Shown here: in pieces, positions 1-20,400 of the stretch
How positions within the stretch are numbered: the first letter of the stretch is position 1
Layout of the letters: each line of letters begins with the position of its first letter
DNA from: Tubulanus polymorphus
Taxonomy: Eukaryota; Animalia; Nemertea
Direction of reading: 5' to 3'
NCBI RefSeq assembly: GCF_964204645.1
Contig: NC_134029.1
Coordinates: forward strand, 22,996,950 to 23,060,949
DNA length: 64,000 nucleotides
The notes under the pieces: generated by a model
What the model was told of the DNA's origin: nothing
Database searches by the model: none
What the model saw: the letters and a program-made list of their open reading frames with translations, nothing else
Translations under genes and position numbers: made by a program

Positions 1-554
1 ATTCTCCCCGAGCGAATCAGAGGAATTTCTACCGTTCAAAATGCTACAATTCATTCATTCATTTTTCAGTGAATTACGTAGCGATAAAGAAACACGTGGT
101 CAATAGCATTATCCAAAATCCATTTTCCAGGTTTTTTTGGTAGAATTTGTCAAATTCCCTGTGTGAAAGTGTGTGACGACGTCTCCAGTTTGGAGTAGAT
201 CAACACAACCCGAACGCTTGAATTGCAAACTAATACTAAAGTTTATTTCATACCAAAAAGTCAGATCATCATTCTATGCGCATGCGTAGTAACTATAGCT
301 TGTGGTCAACCCACGTACGTAACACAAACTCTTACAAGGTGTTTCCGTTTAGTAATAGATGGTTTCCGGACATCTAGAATTACGTGGTAGGATAAGATGA
401 GTCAAACTTTTAGTTAATACAGATGTTAATTCTCGACACCCTGATTTTTTTCTAGGTTTTTTCCCATTCCACGAGTTTTCAAGGTTTACAAGGTCAGTGG
501 CACCAACCTGTTTTTAGTTAAAATGGTAGGAAAAAGTATTCGACAATAACTAAC

Positions 555-8167
<7,613 letters not shown>

Positions 8168-8169
8168 GA

Positions 8170-8835
8170 TGATAGCGCGTGGTCTAACTCACACATCAGC
8201 AGCGTCTTTCACCCGGTCACGGAGAGGATATTTTGACAATTTTCAGCATAGAACTGCACTCACTGGTTGAAACACTAGAGTTTAGCTCTGTGAGCTGAGA
8301 GATGATTAGAACAAGGTCGTTCCCTGCTCGAAAACATCCCATAATATGCTAATTTAACGCGCACTTGCTCATTTGATATTCATAAAAACTCTGTTCCCAT
8401 GGTAATTAAGTAAATAATATTTAAAATATAGTATTTTAGTTATACAATTTCAACCAAGTAGCACGTACCACATCTAATTTAATATGTCCATATAAAAATC
8501 TTTTATATTTTCTTGCGTGACCGTCAATAATTTTTTTTCAGTTTCTAGATTTTGTCTTCGCTTATGAAAAACATTTTACATGAAAGTTTGTTATTCAGTC
8601 AATCAATCAAAGGTTGTCTTTATTTCACGGAGTTCTTCTTATTTCACGAAGAAAGCAGTTTTGTTGTTGATTTTATTTGCGAGCAAATTGGGAAAAATAA
8701 ACCGTTTGATTTGACTTGTATTTGTATGGTATGAAATCTCGCGCGCGTTGCGGGAATCGGCGATAGGCGACGAGATTTACGAGCTTACCCACAATTCACA
8801 GCTTAACTTCCTCTTTTATAGGCGAGCGTAAGGTT
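8170..8835. promoter_or_regulatory. Bidirectional MAP2K1/RPL17 promoter; RPL17 TCT/5'-TOP start site
   Basis: Head-to-head genes; CpG-rich core tctcgcgcgcgttgcggga at ~8737; polypyrimidine cttcctctttt at 8807-8817, typical of ribosomal protein start sites, followed by a short non-coding exon. Confidence 0.7.
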
Positions 8836-9368
8836 CGTGTAAAAATAATCGAAATCTATCAGAAAATCGCTTGAAATTACCACCATCAGTGGACGTATGC
8901 CTTCCATATTATAGGAATCTATTCTTCATGAGTTTTTTAGCAGGATCCATTAAAAATTTGTGTCCTAATTTGCCTGAAATACTAAATATCGACTGCGATA
9001 TTACTATGAAAAAATGTGACATTCACTGATAATATGCCGGAAATCTACGGATATTTACATCAAGAAAGGCAGTTTGTTTAATTAAAATCTAATCTGGCTA
9101 TCTTGATATTGTATTCATTTATCCTAAGCATTCTGAAACCGCATTTAAGTTTGCCATTAACTTTTCGGTGATGAAAATATATCGCAAAATAGTAGTGAGG
9201 CCGAACTGTGAAGTCAACTAAATAAACTCGATTTGAATATTCGTTTTCGATGACCAATCCTCCATTCAAATATTTTATATAATTTGATCATGAATGTATT
9301 CGGACTGATGTCGAATATTATCTTGCCTGAAAACTACCTTTCATATTTCTCTTACACAGATAAGCAAG

Positions 9369-11854
9369 ATGACTCGCTATTCATTAGATCCTGAAAATGT
9401 TGCCAAATGTAAGTATCTTCTTCATCGATTAGATTGAGTTCATACGAGTTTGGCAGGTGATATTTTGCCACAATAATGCAGCTTTATTCCTATTTACGCT
9501 ATTTCGCCAATGGCTTGTGATAGGTTGTATTTAAAATGAACCCTAATGACATTGAAACTCTAAACCCAAGAAAATGATTTTATTTTTCATTTTAGCATGC
9601 CATTGGCAAAATAGTATTTACATAGATAATGCTGCTTCCAATTAGTTTATCGTATTTGAATAATTTATGATTGCTTTTAATCTTTTTAGCGGCAAAAGCG
9701 AAAGGTTCTCATCTCCGGGTACATTTCAAGGTGAGCTTCATTATTCAATATCGAATCACTATTTTAAAGATGTTGCGAGAAAATAAGTGATTAATATTGA
9801 TATGATTTTGTTTATTAATATAGAACACTAGAGAGACGGCTCAGGTTATTAAACACATGCACTTGTCTCGCGCGAAGAAGTTCCTGAAGAATGTCATTGA
9901 CAAGAAAGAGATCGTTCCGTTCAGAAGATTCATGGGCGGTGTTGGTCGTCATGCACAGGTTATTATCATAATCAATACCGGTTTATGCAGTCCGCCTGAT
10001 ACCTAGAACTACCACTGGGTTACGGCCCTTCCATTTTTTTTATCTAGAGTCTAATACGATTCAACGTATCCAATTAGATTAATTTTCAGTGAAATCTAAA
10101 CCTGAGTGAGAAAGTGAATCTCATGGCTATTCGAGGGCTTTTTTGATGATATTTGGATTTGTGGCCTAGAAATCCAGTTCAAATTTCATTGAAAATGAAC
10201 TAATTTTCACTATGAATAACCTGGTACGTGTAATGCTTGCACCTCTTTTAATCGCGAACTTAATATGTTTGATGTTCATTTCAGGCTAAACAATGGAGAA
10301 CTACCCAAGGAAGATGGCCGAAGAAGAGTGCCACGTTCTTGTTGGATCTTTTGAAGAATGCCGAAAGCAATGCTGAATATAAGGTATGTTGAAGAATTTT
10401 GTATCAGTACTCCAAATAGACCATATTGTTACCGCCCTATTCTCTTGAGCAAGCACCATCCTTAGTTACAACATTATTCACGAAGCCCAGGCACTAGATG
10501 CTTACCCGAGCATTGATTTGAAGATGGCAAATCAATTCAAATTTTCATGAGATTTTGGTAACACCATAATCAATACCGACAGATAAACTGCTCAACATAG
10601 GTTAGGGACCTGGAAAATGAATGATATGAAGAAATTGAGGTTTCTATTTAGTTTCTCTATTTAGAAAACATACAGGGGAAGACTTTTTACCCAGGACTTT
10701 CAGATGGCATATACTCCCAAGAGGGGGTTTTCCTGAGAGAACGGTATTGAATAATTGAATCTATGTAATAGTATGAATACTGTTTATGTTGCAGGGTTTA
10801 GATGTCGATCATTTAGTCATTGAACATATTCAAGTAAACCGCGCTCCTCAGATGCGACGAAGAACGTACAGAGCTCACGGTCGAATCAATCGTAAGTTTC
10901 ATATAGTTAATCTGCTGTCAGAACTTCATTACCGGTCCGAAAATACACCTTACTCATTTGAGTGCTTCTAGGGAACATCATCTTGGCTTAAGGTTAGAGA
11001 TATAGGCTGGTGGTAATACAAGGTCCTTTCAATTCCTTGATTCCTTAAAAACCCCTTAAAGGAAACTGCTTTTCAAGATGCTTGAAACTCCTTTTATTAG
11101 CGCATAATGCCTGAAATTCCTTTCAGACTCCTTCAATTTTGAAAAAAAGCATTAAGAAATGTCTCGTTGTACAGTAGACTACAACTAAATCGATACAGTT
11201 CGGAACAGGATTTGTTTTTACCCAATACCTGTTACTGAATAAGAAGCTGAGTTAAGTAGTGTAAAGGATAAAAATGTGCTTACAAAATTACCAAAGGGTC
11301 ATTCATTTATTATGTACGCATAAAATTTGAATTTTTCAACTTCCCTCCCCCTCTGTATGCAAAATCGGCCATTTTTTCATATACATTAAGCATTACAGTA
11401 CGCAATTGCACTGACCCCTCCCCTAATGCATACGTAATAAATGAATGACCCCAAATTGATGGTGTACCGTGATATACAGTACTGATTTAGGAATCTTCAG
11501 AAGTCAGGATATGAAAGTGATGATGCAGATGCTTCCTCAAAATTTTATCCTTGAATACTCCTTATATCCAGGAATGAACGATCAGTGGGGACCCTGTGAT
11601 AATATTAATTAATGTTAGCCGGTTCTAAACGGCCTTGCTAGATATAGTGCTAAATCAGCCCTTAAAATCATTGTTATCATTGTTTAATCGAATGATTTTT
11701 GTTTTCAGCATACATGAGCAGCCCTTGTCACATCGAGATGATTCTTTCCGAGAAGGAACAGGCTGTAGCGAAAGCTCCTGAGCAAGATGAGCCCGTCAAA
11801 AAGAAGGTCTCGCAGAAGAAACTTAAAAAGCAAAAGATGATGATGAGAGAATAG
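9369..11854 (+). CDS. RPL17: 60S ribosomal protein L17 (uL22)
   Basis: Exons 9369-9408 ([13 protein letters not shown]), 9690-9730, 9824-9958, 10285-10383 (QGRWPKKSA), 10795-10891 ([12 protein letters not shown]), 11709-11854 ([17 protein letters not shown]); AATAAA at ~11880. Confidence 0.98.
9477..9635. repeat. Intronic inverted repeat / MITE-like hairpin
   Basis: gcagc..gctatttcgccaatggc pairs with gccattggcaaaatagt..gctgc. Confidence 0.55.
11019..11596. mobile_element. hAT-like non-autonomous element carrying a nested MITE (11296-11451)
   Basis: caaggtcc..ggaccctg ends flanked by tggtaata / tgataata (8-bp TSD, 1 mismatch). Nested TIRs gggtcattcatttattatgtacgcat..atgcatacgtaataaatgaatgaccc. 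A related 5' fragment lies at ~23699-23990. Confidence 0.7.
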
Positions 11855-12679
11855 AATATATGATTTTTGATCATAGAAAAATAAAATAATGTATAAAGAG
11901 GATAAGGAATCGTTAGAATTAATTATTTTAGGTCTATATTTACTGGATTTTAGTTGCTTATTCTATCTTCAGTCAAATTCACATTGCTACTCATTGGCTT
12001 GAAGGATTTCTGAGGAATGATACTTATCATATCAAATGTGTCATCATTTACCTTCAACGAAGAAAGCCATTTACACACAGCCTCTTAGTTAGATTCCTCT
12101 GTTGTGTAAAATTAGATGGAAGAGAAAAAGCGCCATTCATTGATGGACCATTATTCGTTGTGAAAGGTTTAGATTCGTCATTTCAGAAAAATGTTCTCTT
12201 GACGGAATTCAGTGTTGTTACAATTGAAAATTTATACGGTAGATGGCGTATTAGCTATGATTTATCAGCATTTTACATATTCCGTTACGAAGGTCGGCTA
12301 AAAAAAACCGAATTATTTTAGAATTATTATCACCCCAACTAAGAACTTTGAACGTTCATGTGAATTGAAATTCCAGGAAATCTAATTTTTTGTTTGAATA
12401 ATGATTAGAGGTGGATATGTTTTACGGTTTGAGATGATCGCGGCACTTATCTGAAATTTATCACGATTGCCTACACAGTACGTGCGTGACAGACATTCCT
12501 TTTAATCGAACTATGTACACTCCAAATGCGATTCCCTACGATTTTGCTACATTGTAAATAAATAATTGTTTCAGCAAAGAAAGGTGCCGATCATAATTTC
12601 TAAGTCATTTTTATAGCAAACATCTTTCGATGATGAGACAACAGATCAGCATACTGGTGTAATAAACTACCTAGTTTCG

Positions 12680-13213
12680 CCGCGCGGCGCTGTTTTAATC
12701 GGGATTCGAACCCACTCGATTATTTCAAAGTGTCAAGGTCTACTTTCGAATACGAAATAATATCTATGACAAGCAAATGATTCTATTTCACGCAAGACGT
12801 TATGAGATCTGAAACCAAAGCAAATCACCATATTCATAAAAATATTTCAAGATTTATTTTATACTTTTCGGAATATATCATAACGACTTTCAATCGCTTC
12901 TATTTGTAAACAACATCGAAACTAATTTCGCGATTGACCAATCAGGTTTCGAGGTTGTTTACTGCATCTTTCACCATACACAGCGCTGAATTCATGAATG
13001 GTCGCGGTTCTAGCGACTCAACCAGCCCGAAAATGCCGAAAATATCACCGCGCGACTGTCACCGAGACGTCGAAAACGGCTGACATGACTGAGAATAGGA
13101 GATCATAGAGGAATCTATTCGTAGTTTAGCTCGACACGCCGTCGTGGCATCTGGAATGCCGGAAAATATTCACCACATTTCATATCTGGCAATGTCATCC
13201 CCGACTTATTTTG
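12680..13213 (+). promoter_or_regulatory. Probable insulin receptor promoter and non-coding first exon
   Basis: CpG-rich; CCAAT at 12938; FoxO consensus GTAAACAA (12906-12913) and TTGTTTAC (12955-12962); candidate donor ttg|gtacgt at 13213. Confidence 0.55.
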
Positions 13214-14494
13214 GTACGTGTTGTGTATGAGAAAGTCAGTGTGCTTACCCTTTTATTACTTATCATCAGACAGGTGTGTACGTGTACAGCTTCCTAACTT
13301 TAGCATATTTAAATAAAAATAAATATAGGAAATAAGTCATTCATTCATTCATTCATATTCGTTCAGTTGAAATGATTTAATTTTTAAAAGATGGACAAGT
13401 TAAAACAAGGGTAATGACACGGCCAGCAGCAGTGGCTTGCTGCTGCTGCTGGGGGTAAGACTGCAGGTATGGTCTGTGGTGTGGCTATGTGGTGCCTACT
13501 GGCCCAGCAAGGACTCGCCCTGGTTTTTAGTAAATATAAGTTTTAACAAACACGATTCACAACCTGCAGTGCAGTTGCGCCCGAGACGTTCGAGATACCA
13601 AATTTTCAAAACTCGTCTGTGAATCATATGATGCATTCCACTTAAACTTGGTGTCAACTCTCTTCATCATCGAGTACTTGATCCATCCTTGAAATAGATG
13701 CAAATTTGCATCATTCAATGTTGACGATGCACTATTTGAACGATACACGATATTCAATATGTGAATAAGAGTATGTTTTTGAATAATTTTTGAGTTTGAA
13801 CAGGTTTTGTATAAATCTATAGTCCTTGGCCTGAAATTACGGGACAACATAACCCGAGGCTCCGTCACTGTTGGTTAAGAAATAAAAACATTTTGTGCTC
13901 AATACCTCGGACCTGAATCAAACTACTAATAGTAGGCAATTCAACTGATAGGCTATCGACCCCAGTTTCAGACGCCTACATTCATAAACTTCATGATTGT
14001 AGGCCCTTATGTGAATTATTTGCCGATTGTTTCCCGCACTGGGTATTCAGTTCACATTCGGCTCCTTTGCAGATGACTCAATGCTATTATTCCGAGAAAA
14101 AATGTATAATGAATGTGGTCAGTCACGCTGCTGGCTAGTTTAATTACCTGTGTGAATACATATCTTCTTTGTAGGCCCAACTCAACTCACTGGTTTGAAA
14201 ACTAGGTTGATACATTCTAATAAGAGTGATGATTTCTATTATTATTAGAGAGGTTACCTGTAGCCTTAGAATTTTCATGTGCCCGGATTTTAGGAAATTT
14301 TTTTTTTGCTGCAAAACTCGGTGCTCAATGGTATAATCTGGGAATTTATAATAATGGGAATGAAATTTAGGATTTATTGAAAAATTTAAGATTCAAAAAA
14401 CTTTTTACTGAATATGGGTTTTATCGATGTTACTATAATATGATTTGTATGTGATGAATATTTTTTTGGTATTTTCAGTAAATGTCTGTCCAAC

Positions 14495-17400
14495 ATGAAG
14501 ACAACGTATTTTCAATGTGTATTCAACATTTTGTGCATATATGGAATAAGTTTGGCCCGGGTTGATTTTGTAAACGCAAGCAATGAATTTTCCTCCGCCA
14601 TTGTTCATTCAGGTAAGTTACGGATCTGGGAACGGTTTTATAGACGGCGTTATTTTTAATCTAGGGATTAACTGAACCCAGGTATTAAGTTAATACCAGT
14701 CCATAAAACCAGTGTCTGGGTTTTACTAGGCCCAATTTTTACCTAGGACTTTAATTATTTTAATTCAAGGACTTATTATAAATCTAATTTGTAGGAGCTG
14801 AAAGATCTTATACGTCAATGATGACTATGATAATAACTGTATCGTTACATTCGAGATTGATTATATTTTATTCCGCTATTTTCAGAACAAAGAAAGTCAC
14901 TTAAAGAAAGAAACGACAAAACTAGTAAGTAGAATGACATTAAACCCACAGATTTGAAAGATGATAATGATTATATCAAGTAGGGGTTTATACAGGCCGG
15001 GGTACTAGTGCAATTTTGGGGGAAAATTGGTATATTTAGTGCATAAGTGCCCCTATTGCATATTTGGACTTCGAAGTGTCCTTTTGGGATATGACAAGTT
15101 CTTAAGCCCCAGATCCTCCCCTGTCAAGAATTAAAATCAAACGTTTCTAACTTCTCTCGCCGTTGAGACCACCATCAGGTGTCCAGAATGTCGATCATGC
15201 AGGTAAAACCCCAGGGGCCAGTTTTATAGAATAGCATTAGCTTTAACCGGGGGGGCTAACTCGGTTTAAAATGAATTGAGTTAGCCCCCTGGGTTAAAGT
15301 TAATACCAGTTCATAAAACCGACCCCAGTAATCTATTCTTTACTTAAATTCGCAAAAATAAAACAATGATAGCATTCTCCTCTATTTCAGTATGTTCCGA
15401 TGTTATAATAGGAAATACGGTGACGGACTTCGAGAAATTACGAAATTGTCGAGTGATCGAGGGCTTTCTGAAGATATTACTGATCGACACGGCGACGTCG
15501 GAAGATTTCGACAACTTGCGTTTTCCGAACCTGATCGAAATCACCGATTACGTGTTGCTGTTTCGCGTTTACGGATTAAAATCGTTGCGCGCGTTGTTGC
15601 CGAATTTAACGGTCATCCGCGGACACAACTTGTTCTTCAACTACGCGTTGGTCGCGTATGAAATGCCCGATCTGGAGGATTTAGGTTTGTACAGTTTGAC
15701 GGCGATTCTGCGCGGCGCCGTGCGCCTCGAGAAGAATCCGAAACTCTGTTACGTCGACACTCTCGACTGGGATTTAATCACGAACGTCGCGCAAAGCGAT
15801 CATTTCTTCGTTCAGAATCGCGACGTCGACGAATGTGTGAACATTTGCCCGAAAACGGGTTGTCAGATTCGTCGACTTAGCACGGATATCGTACAGTCGA
15901 GGAGCGTCTGCTGGAGCAGTTATAACTGCCAAAAAGGTAAGAATGAGATCCCTTATTGAACAGGAAAACTCGGGGAATTAGAATAATCTAGAAAAACTCT
16001 CGGAATTTCAGAAATTTTGCAAAATGACCTGAAAAACTCGCGGAATTCGGATGTTTTTATAAATACGCGATTCATAAAGAATTGATGAATTGTAACATTT
16101 TAAACCTAGACTTTTGTGTTAAGCCTATAACAAAGAAAAATCAGGGAAAATTCAGGAAATCTGTCAATTGGCGGAAAGTGGCCACTGTCTTGGATCTTCC
16201 ATTTAAGCTTTTATTTGTATTACCCAAAAATTCGCAGAATTTTGACAAATTTCTGTTGAAACAAAGAAAAATTTGATCAGTGAAAAGGATCAGGATTTGA
16301 TCAGTCCAAAATTACATTCGTATCCAGTATTTCAGTTTGATTTTGATAATTATTTGAGACAAATTGCAACCTAATCATTTAAAGAAGAGGCCTATTTAAA
16401 TTCAGCTTAGAAATTCCCGGGCTTAGAAATCTGCCTCCCTGGAAAATCTGGATCGTTCGAAAAAATCCGTAATTAGCACATTTAATTAATCACCAATAGA
16501 TATTACACATGGAATCATGAATAATCATATCAGCACAGTACGGAATTGTCAGCCTTGAAATTTGTTTATAGCAGACTCAGTTCGATATGACCTAGTTGAA
16601 CCTTTGTAAATACGCCATTTTTTTCCGATGCTTCTTTTTTTCCACAACAACGTAGGCCTATTTGTTTTCAAATACTTGTCAAAATAGCACCTGGACTTGA
16701 TGATAATAGACCTTGTGTTCATCGATTAATACAATGTATTCATTGGTTTATAAGTACTTAGAGTGACCTTCGCGTTAAATCTGTTCGAATTGATACAAGA
16801 TCGATTGTTGGAAATGTGGGTTGTCTAGTAAAATCTTATCCTTAGCAGAAATTCTGTTTTCCAATCGCCGGGATCACACGAGTTCTTTTAACCCGGGCCA
16901 AATTAGGCCCGGAACAACCATTCACACGGGTATTAAATGGGCCTATGCCCCAGGCCGGAGCCAGATTTTAGCACAGGTCAAATTATTACTTGTAAATTGC
17001 TAATGGTTCCAGAAAGAAGGAACTTCGCTTTGTTTAAGCTTTGTTTAGTATCGGGTGAGTGGTTTACGTGTGAACGCGCTCTCTAATTAGGCACGGGCCA
17101 AATTTGACTCGGGGTCTGATCCGCGCCAATTTGGCCCCGGCCAAATTGTCACCGTGTGATTGGGGCTATAGTTAGGTTCATTCAGTTACGTAAATCGGGA
17201 AAAAAGTCAACACCGTTTTACAGAATAAATGTCATTGTACCAATTTTACCCCAGTTTTATATACAAAGGTTATTTACGTCTATAAAAGCTGTTTGTGAAT
17301 TCTTTCCTAGTAAATGCGCCCCATAAATTCATGCGGAGAGTGATATTTCGAGGAATTTAGTTCCGCATGTTTTTATATATATATATCGGTTGCGCGTTTT

Positions 17401-20400
17401 CTTCCTAGACCCGATTACAGTCAAGTACGTTTAAGTTATCAAAACATTGGCTCGATCTAGATGACTTTATATCCTTGTTAGTAAATATAGATGAAATCCA
17501 CTTTCGAATTCAAAATGATTTAGGGCCTAGTTGTTTTCGGGTTATTGCCTTTTCCTCCGATATATCCGCACTTTCCATTTCAACTTATGACAAAAATGCC
17601 TCTGAATGAATCATAACAACAGAGTTGTAGTCCTACAATATAAAATGATAAGAGTCTGCTGATTTCATTAGCCGTAGGTAGAATGAGAAAACATAGAAAA
17701 ATTCCTAGTTCATACGCAAAGGATCAGGGGCGGGCGCAGGTAAAACCCAGTTAGTGCTAACCGTGGTTCGTACTAACCGTGGTTAGTACACTGTGTTTAG
17801 GCATAAATGGGCGCAGAAAATCGTTGTTAGCTAACCACATCTTCGTGCGGTCTCTTATTTCAATCTGGTTAGCCTAACCACGGATAAGCCACTAACCACG
17901 GATAAGCCACTAACCACGTTTAGGCTAACAGGGTTTCCTGCGCCCGCCCCTGTTGACTATCATTTAAACCTTTTGTTGTTATTTCAATACGAATATTGTG
18001 TGCATCATCTCATTTTTATGAAACGGGAAAATAAAAACATATTCTTTCTGAACTTGTTTGCGACCATCTATATATTTTTTTTGTAGTGTGTCCTGAAAAA
18101 TGTTCCAGTAATCGTTACTGTCACGTCGATACGAATATTCATTTATGCTGCGACGAGCAATGCGTCGGAGGTTGTACGGGACCTAAACAAACTGACTGCG
18201 TCGCTTGTAAACACGTCTATTACCAAGGTCGATGTCTAACGCGTTGTCCATACGGGACTTACGAAGTAAGTGACACGCGCGAGAGTTTCACAAGTCTATT
18301 AATATTCGTAGAGGCGGCAGACGACGATGTTTCTTTTTTCGACAGTCGATTTTCTTTCTTCAGACGTCGGAACGACGACGAACCCGAGCGACAAACATTC
18401 CACTATAAATCTCGGTACAATGTTCGACTGTGTTATGTTTGTATAAGCCATTTATCTCTTGCCCGCGAGTTTTGATAATCTATGAAAAACAACCCGCACT
18501 CTCGCTGTCATGTAATACAGTAAAAAGCCTCGAAGGCAGTTCAGTCTTTGCACTTGCATTCAATATTTTTGCCGTCTCAAACCTGTATGTTGTTTTTGCA
18601 TTTTTTTTCCCCTGTTTGCGCTTAGACGACCGCAAATGTCAGAATTTTATGGGCGGATAATTTTTTCTTACTTGCATTACGAAGTTCAAACAAGTTCGTT
18701 GTCTGTCCGAGTCGGAATGTATGCGGAAACACACGAAAAAATATCCGTGGAAACTAGTGGTCGGGAAGTGCGTGCTCGATTGTCCGAGCGGCTACACAGA
18801 GGATGACAGAAACCCGAAAAAATGTAAAAAGTGTGAAGGCCGATGTCCAAAAGGTAAATAAAAATGAGTATCGCGTAGGCTTAGCGATACGTTTCTCGGA
18901 ATCATTCTATTCTTCGAACCCATACGCGATTTATGACTAATTCGGTTTAATTCATTCTTTAATTCAGTTTGCAGCGGGGCTAAAATTGATAACATCGCCG
19001 CGGCACAACGACTGAAGGGCTGTACGGTTATCAATGGAATGTTGGATATTCAACTGAAAGGAGGACGTAAGCATCAAATGAAATAATTCCCCAAAAACCT
19101 CAAAAAAATAGAGTTCCTTTTTGATTTATTTACTACGTTGAGACTATATTCTAATAAATATTGATTTCTCGTTCCGCGTGTTTAGAAAATATTGTCAAAG
19201 AACTCGAGGAAAGTCTGGGTAAAATCGAAGAAGTGACCGGTTACGTGAAGATAGCGCGATCTTTCGCGTTGGTATCATTGAATTTCCTGAAGAAACTTCA
19301 CACTATTCACGGCGTCATAAAGGAAAATAACAAGTAAGTCGTCGTCGTCTCCTCAAATGCGACAACGCGTAGTGTTAAAAAATCAACTTGATTATGACGT
19401 TTGTCGCTGTCGTTGGGCGGATCGTGACTACATGAAAAAACAGACTATTACCTGAAATGTTATTTAGTTTAGTTTCTGTTTCATGACGTCATGTTATCGT
19501 ATTTATATGATTGCGTTATAGGCTTAGGTCTAGTGGTAACTGTAAGCAGTAATAATTCCCTGGATGATATAAGTTCCCCCAGGTAGAAATCCCGTAGGCA
19601 AAAATCCAAGATAAAATTCCCCTAGTTGAAATTCGCTCAGGTAAAAAATCTAGGGCCATTGCTGAAAAGTTGGTTAGAGATTTCACGGGTGGATAAATAC
19701 CAAAGTGACAATGAACTTTTATTTGTCACTACTTTGTCAACTAACCACTGGTTAATTCTAACCAACTTTTCAGCCGATCACGCCTGCGTTTTATGAACTT
19801 TAAAGAACATTTCATGAATACAAATAAATCAACCTTGAAATTGTTTCTATTTGCGCTTCATTCCGAATCTGTTGGGGAATTTACTGGCTTTGATGAATTG
19901 GGGATTATTACCTAGGGGATTTTACCTACATCCTAGTAATCGGCTTTTCGTCTAAAACCATGGACAGGTTTGGAAATCTAGAGACAAGAGAATTTGCTTT
20001 AGATACTGTATCGTGGTTCATTTCCTACTTTGACTTTTAATCTACAGTCTATAGTTTAATGAGGGTAGATTTGTGTAAATATCCAATGCTCGTCTGTCTC
20101 GTTCTGACTCAGACATGTGCCTGTCACATGCGCCTGTACCATAGTTCTTTCAGTCGGTCAGACGTTTTGACTAAGAACCTTAGCAAAAAACGATTTATGC
20201 CTTGTTTCTCATTTCTGCTGAGCTGAAAAGTGAGACCCAGTCGGCCACCTATATATACTCTGTGCATTGATTTTCTTTCAAATCATGCTCTAACTTACTA
20301 TAACAGACCCGGTAGTTATAGAAATGAACTGATTACAAATTTTATTGCAGTTTACTAAATTACCTGGCTGATCAGGAAAAACAAAGTATCATTTTATTTT

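Noticed and set aside
9409-11708. U58/SNORD58 homologue in RPL17 introns
   Set aside because: The expected guide (CTTAGGACACCT-like) is not visible; the gtgatga at ~11517 lies inside a transposon remnant.
13391-13622. Hydrophobic ORF (LLLLGVRLQVW..) as a possible receptor signal-peptide exon
   Set aside because: No in-frame ATG or matching donor; a better signal exon with the correct phase exists at 14495-14612.
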